6,704 nucleotides of DNA from a virus. Location: IMG/VR virus record IMGVR_UViG_3300008227_000002. One strand, given 5' to 3'. Position 1 is the stretch's first letter; each line of letters opens with the position of its first letter. The notes under the pieces were generated by a model that made no database searches, was not told the origin of the DNA, and was given only the letters and a program-made list of their open reading frames with translations. Positions 5,310 to 6,704 of this stretch are shown piece after piece. The position numbers and the translations under genes are program-made.

Positions 5310-6501
5310 TTCTAATACCCCCCGTTAAGATCATAATCCCTAAAACAGTAGAAACAGCAATAACAACAGGGCTAATACCCGTAGCAAACTGACATAAATA
5401 ACTTGTTGGAACTGAAAAAGAACCTTTGGAATAGGTTGAAACCTGCGGAACTGGACAAGAGGCAGAACTAGCAAAAATAACGGGAGTAAAATCAAAATCA
5501 AGCTCAACATTAGGAATTTCTGTGGCTGCTAATTCATTACCATATTTAGAACAACCGAGAATTTCAGGATTTTTTTCACATACGCTTTTTTGCTCTTCTA
5601 CTGGCTGAGTGTAAACATTAGATTCATTTGAATAACTGTTATTATTTATTTCCGTAGGGTTGGTGGTGGGATTGCTTGAAAGATCGGTATTATAATTATT
5701 TGTTATGTTATCCGCTTCTTGAGAGAAAGGGTCAGTATCAGAGGTTGAAGTATCAGGAGCAGGAGAAGTACCTGAAACACTAGAAGAAGGTAACCCCGTT
5801 GCAACATCTGTAAAAAGATCTTTTAATGTCGAATCAGTTAAAGAGGGTTCTATTTCGTCATATATTTCTGAATCGGTAGGCGTAACCGTGTCGGTATAAG
5901 CAGGAGAACCTTGTGGAGATTCGCCAATATAAGTACCAGGATTCCAAGAACCTCGATGATAGCCAACCGCGTCAGTTGTACGTCGAATAGTATAGAAATT
6001 AATACCTGCGTTCCATTCCATTGTATGAACGTATGAAGCACCAAAACGATTATCATAACCTTGAGTTTGTGCAAGGCATTGACTAGAAGTAACATGCGTA
6101 CCATCACCACGAGAACAACCACCCAATGAAGAACTAGCGTCTTGAGCAGGATAATCTATTTCCTTAGAGACAGTTCCATCATCATTCAAAACATAATCAG
6201 CAGCAAGCAAAGCAGCAGACAAACCCAAACCCCAAGGGCTAAAAGCTAAACGCTTAGCAAGACCACCAGCAGCAGCTTTAGAAATATTAATTGTTCGGGA
6301 TGCATAAACCTTTGCACCCGTTGAAGTAGTGGCTTCATAACCAACTTGGGCAACACCAGCAAGCATAGAACCCAGTTCCGCCTTTCGCATGGCAGCAATA
6401 TTGCGAGCTGAAAAACGACTAGCCAAATCCCAAACAGCAAAAGAGGAAGAAGAAAAAAGTAGAGTAAAAGTTAATACTATTAGTTTGAAATAAGTATCCA
6501 T
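5302..6501 (-). CDS. pIII-like adsorption / minor coat protein, 399 aa
   Basis: N-terminal signal peptide MDTYFKLIVLTFTLLFSSSSFA. A central S/T/P/N/D-rich linker (about residues 225-300). A Cys-containing C-terminal domain ending in the membrane anchor ISPVVIAVSTVLGIMILTGG. It occupies the gene III position. The C-terminal block CEKNPEILGC ... CPVP ... LC reminds me of TspB-type C-terminal domains. This is unverified. Confidence 0.7.
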   Translation of the reverse strand: MDTYFKLIVLTFTLLFSSSSFAVWDLASRFSARNIAAMRKAELGSMLAGVAQVGYEATTSTGAKVYASRTINISKAAAGGLAKRLAFSPWGLGLSAALLAADYVLNDDGTVSKEIDYPAQDASSSLGGCSRGDGTHVTSSQCLAQTQGYDNRFGASYVHTMEWNAGINFYTIRRTTDAVGYHRGSWNPGTYIGESPQGSPAYTDTVTPTDSEIYDEIEPSLTDSTLKDLFTDVATGLPSSSVSGTSPAPDTSTSDTDPFSQEADNITNNYNTDLSSNPTTNPTEINNNSYSNESNVYTQPVEEQKSVCEKNPEILGCSKYGNELAATEIPNVELDFDFTPVIFASSASCPVPQVSTYSKGSFSVPTSYLCQFATGISPVVIAVSTVLGIMILTGGIRNG

Positions 6502-6547
6502 GTTGAACCCAATATAGTAATGATTATTAAAATGCTTGTAACATCCA

Positions 6548-6704
6548 TTAGAGAACCCTTTTTATGACTTTGATAGTAAATGCCAAAACAAAAACAGCGG
6601 CAATTTCTGAACCGTAAAAAACAGCGTCAGAAGTTGTAATGCCTGTATATGAATTATCAAAACCTAGAGAAGTACAATCAGGAGGCGTGACAGTGTAAAA
6701 ATTA
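6548..6704 (-). CDS. C-terminal part of the junction-spanning 103-aa ORF (same gene as 1-278; 6582-6704 duplicates 1-123)
   Basis: The reading frame runs from 278 down through position 1 and continues at 6581 to the TAA at 6550-6548. The tail is ...AAVFVLAFTIKVIKRVL. Confidence 0.45.
   Translation of the reverse strand, partial: NFYTVTPPDCTSLGFDNSYTGITTSDAVFYGSEIAAVFVLAFTIKVIKRVL
6582..6704. repeat. Right copy of the terminal redundancy (identical to 1-123)
   Basis: Same comparison. It indicates a circular or tandem template with a 6581-bp period. Confidence 0.95.

Larger units (their letters stand above)
1..6581 (-). mobile_element. Unit-length circular genome of a filamentous phage (Inoviridae-like). 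Most genes are on the - strand, so the packaged strand is probably the complement of the given strand.
   Basis: Exact 123-bp terminal redundancy (1-123 = 6582-6704). Inovirus gene order: rep, ssb, major coat, adsorption protein, pVI-like, Zot-like. Short overlaps between genes (ATGA at 1926-1929 and 5034-5037). One ORF is open across the junction. Confidence 0.85.

Noticed and set aside
5850-6440. - strand ORFs 5850-6122 and 6246-6440
   Set aside because: They are alternative frames wholly inside the pIII-like gene. The peptides are hydrophobic and low-complexity, and there are no independent start signals.
1-6704. CRISPR arrays, tRNA or rRNA genes, IS elements or transposases
   Set aside because: I saw no spaced direct repeats, no cloverleaf-compatible segment and no transposase-like ORF on either strand.

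Overview
The window is one complete, circularly permuted genome of a filamentous (Inovirus-type) phage, either a replicative form or a tandem or episomal copy. Bases 1-123 recur exactly at 6582-6704, so the unit length is 6581 bp. The DNA is AT-rich. Read on the - strand from about 2480 downwards and across the junction, the core module has the usual inovirus order: two small unknown genes (74 aa acidic, 87 aa basic), a gene II/RstA-type replication initiator, a gene V-sized ssDNA-binding candidate, a major coat protein followed by an intrinsic terminator, a 103-aa tail-anchored protein that spans the window junction, a pIII-like adsorption protein, a pVI-like membrane protein and a Zot/pI-type assembly ATPase. 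The + strand carries a small HTH repressor, divergent from the replication operon across a repeat-rich operator region, and a stand-alone 68-aa acidic ORF with its own RBS and a strong terminator. I found no secretin, integrase, transposase, tRNA or CRISPR. The most interesting unexplained structure is in the 570-bp gap between the repressor and ORF68. It is a ~95-nt imperfect palindrome (2923-3019) made of two inverted dif-like XerC/XerD sites around a GC-rich hairpin, which resembles the folded ssDNA attP of CTXphi-type Xer-dependent integrating phages. All functional calls rest on motifs I recognise by eye and on gene order. No database search was run.
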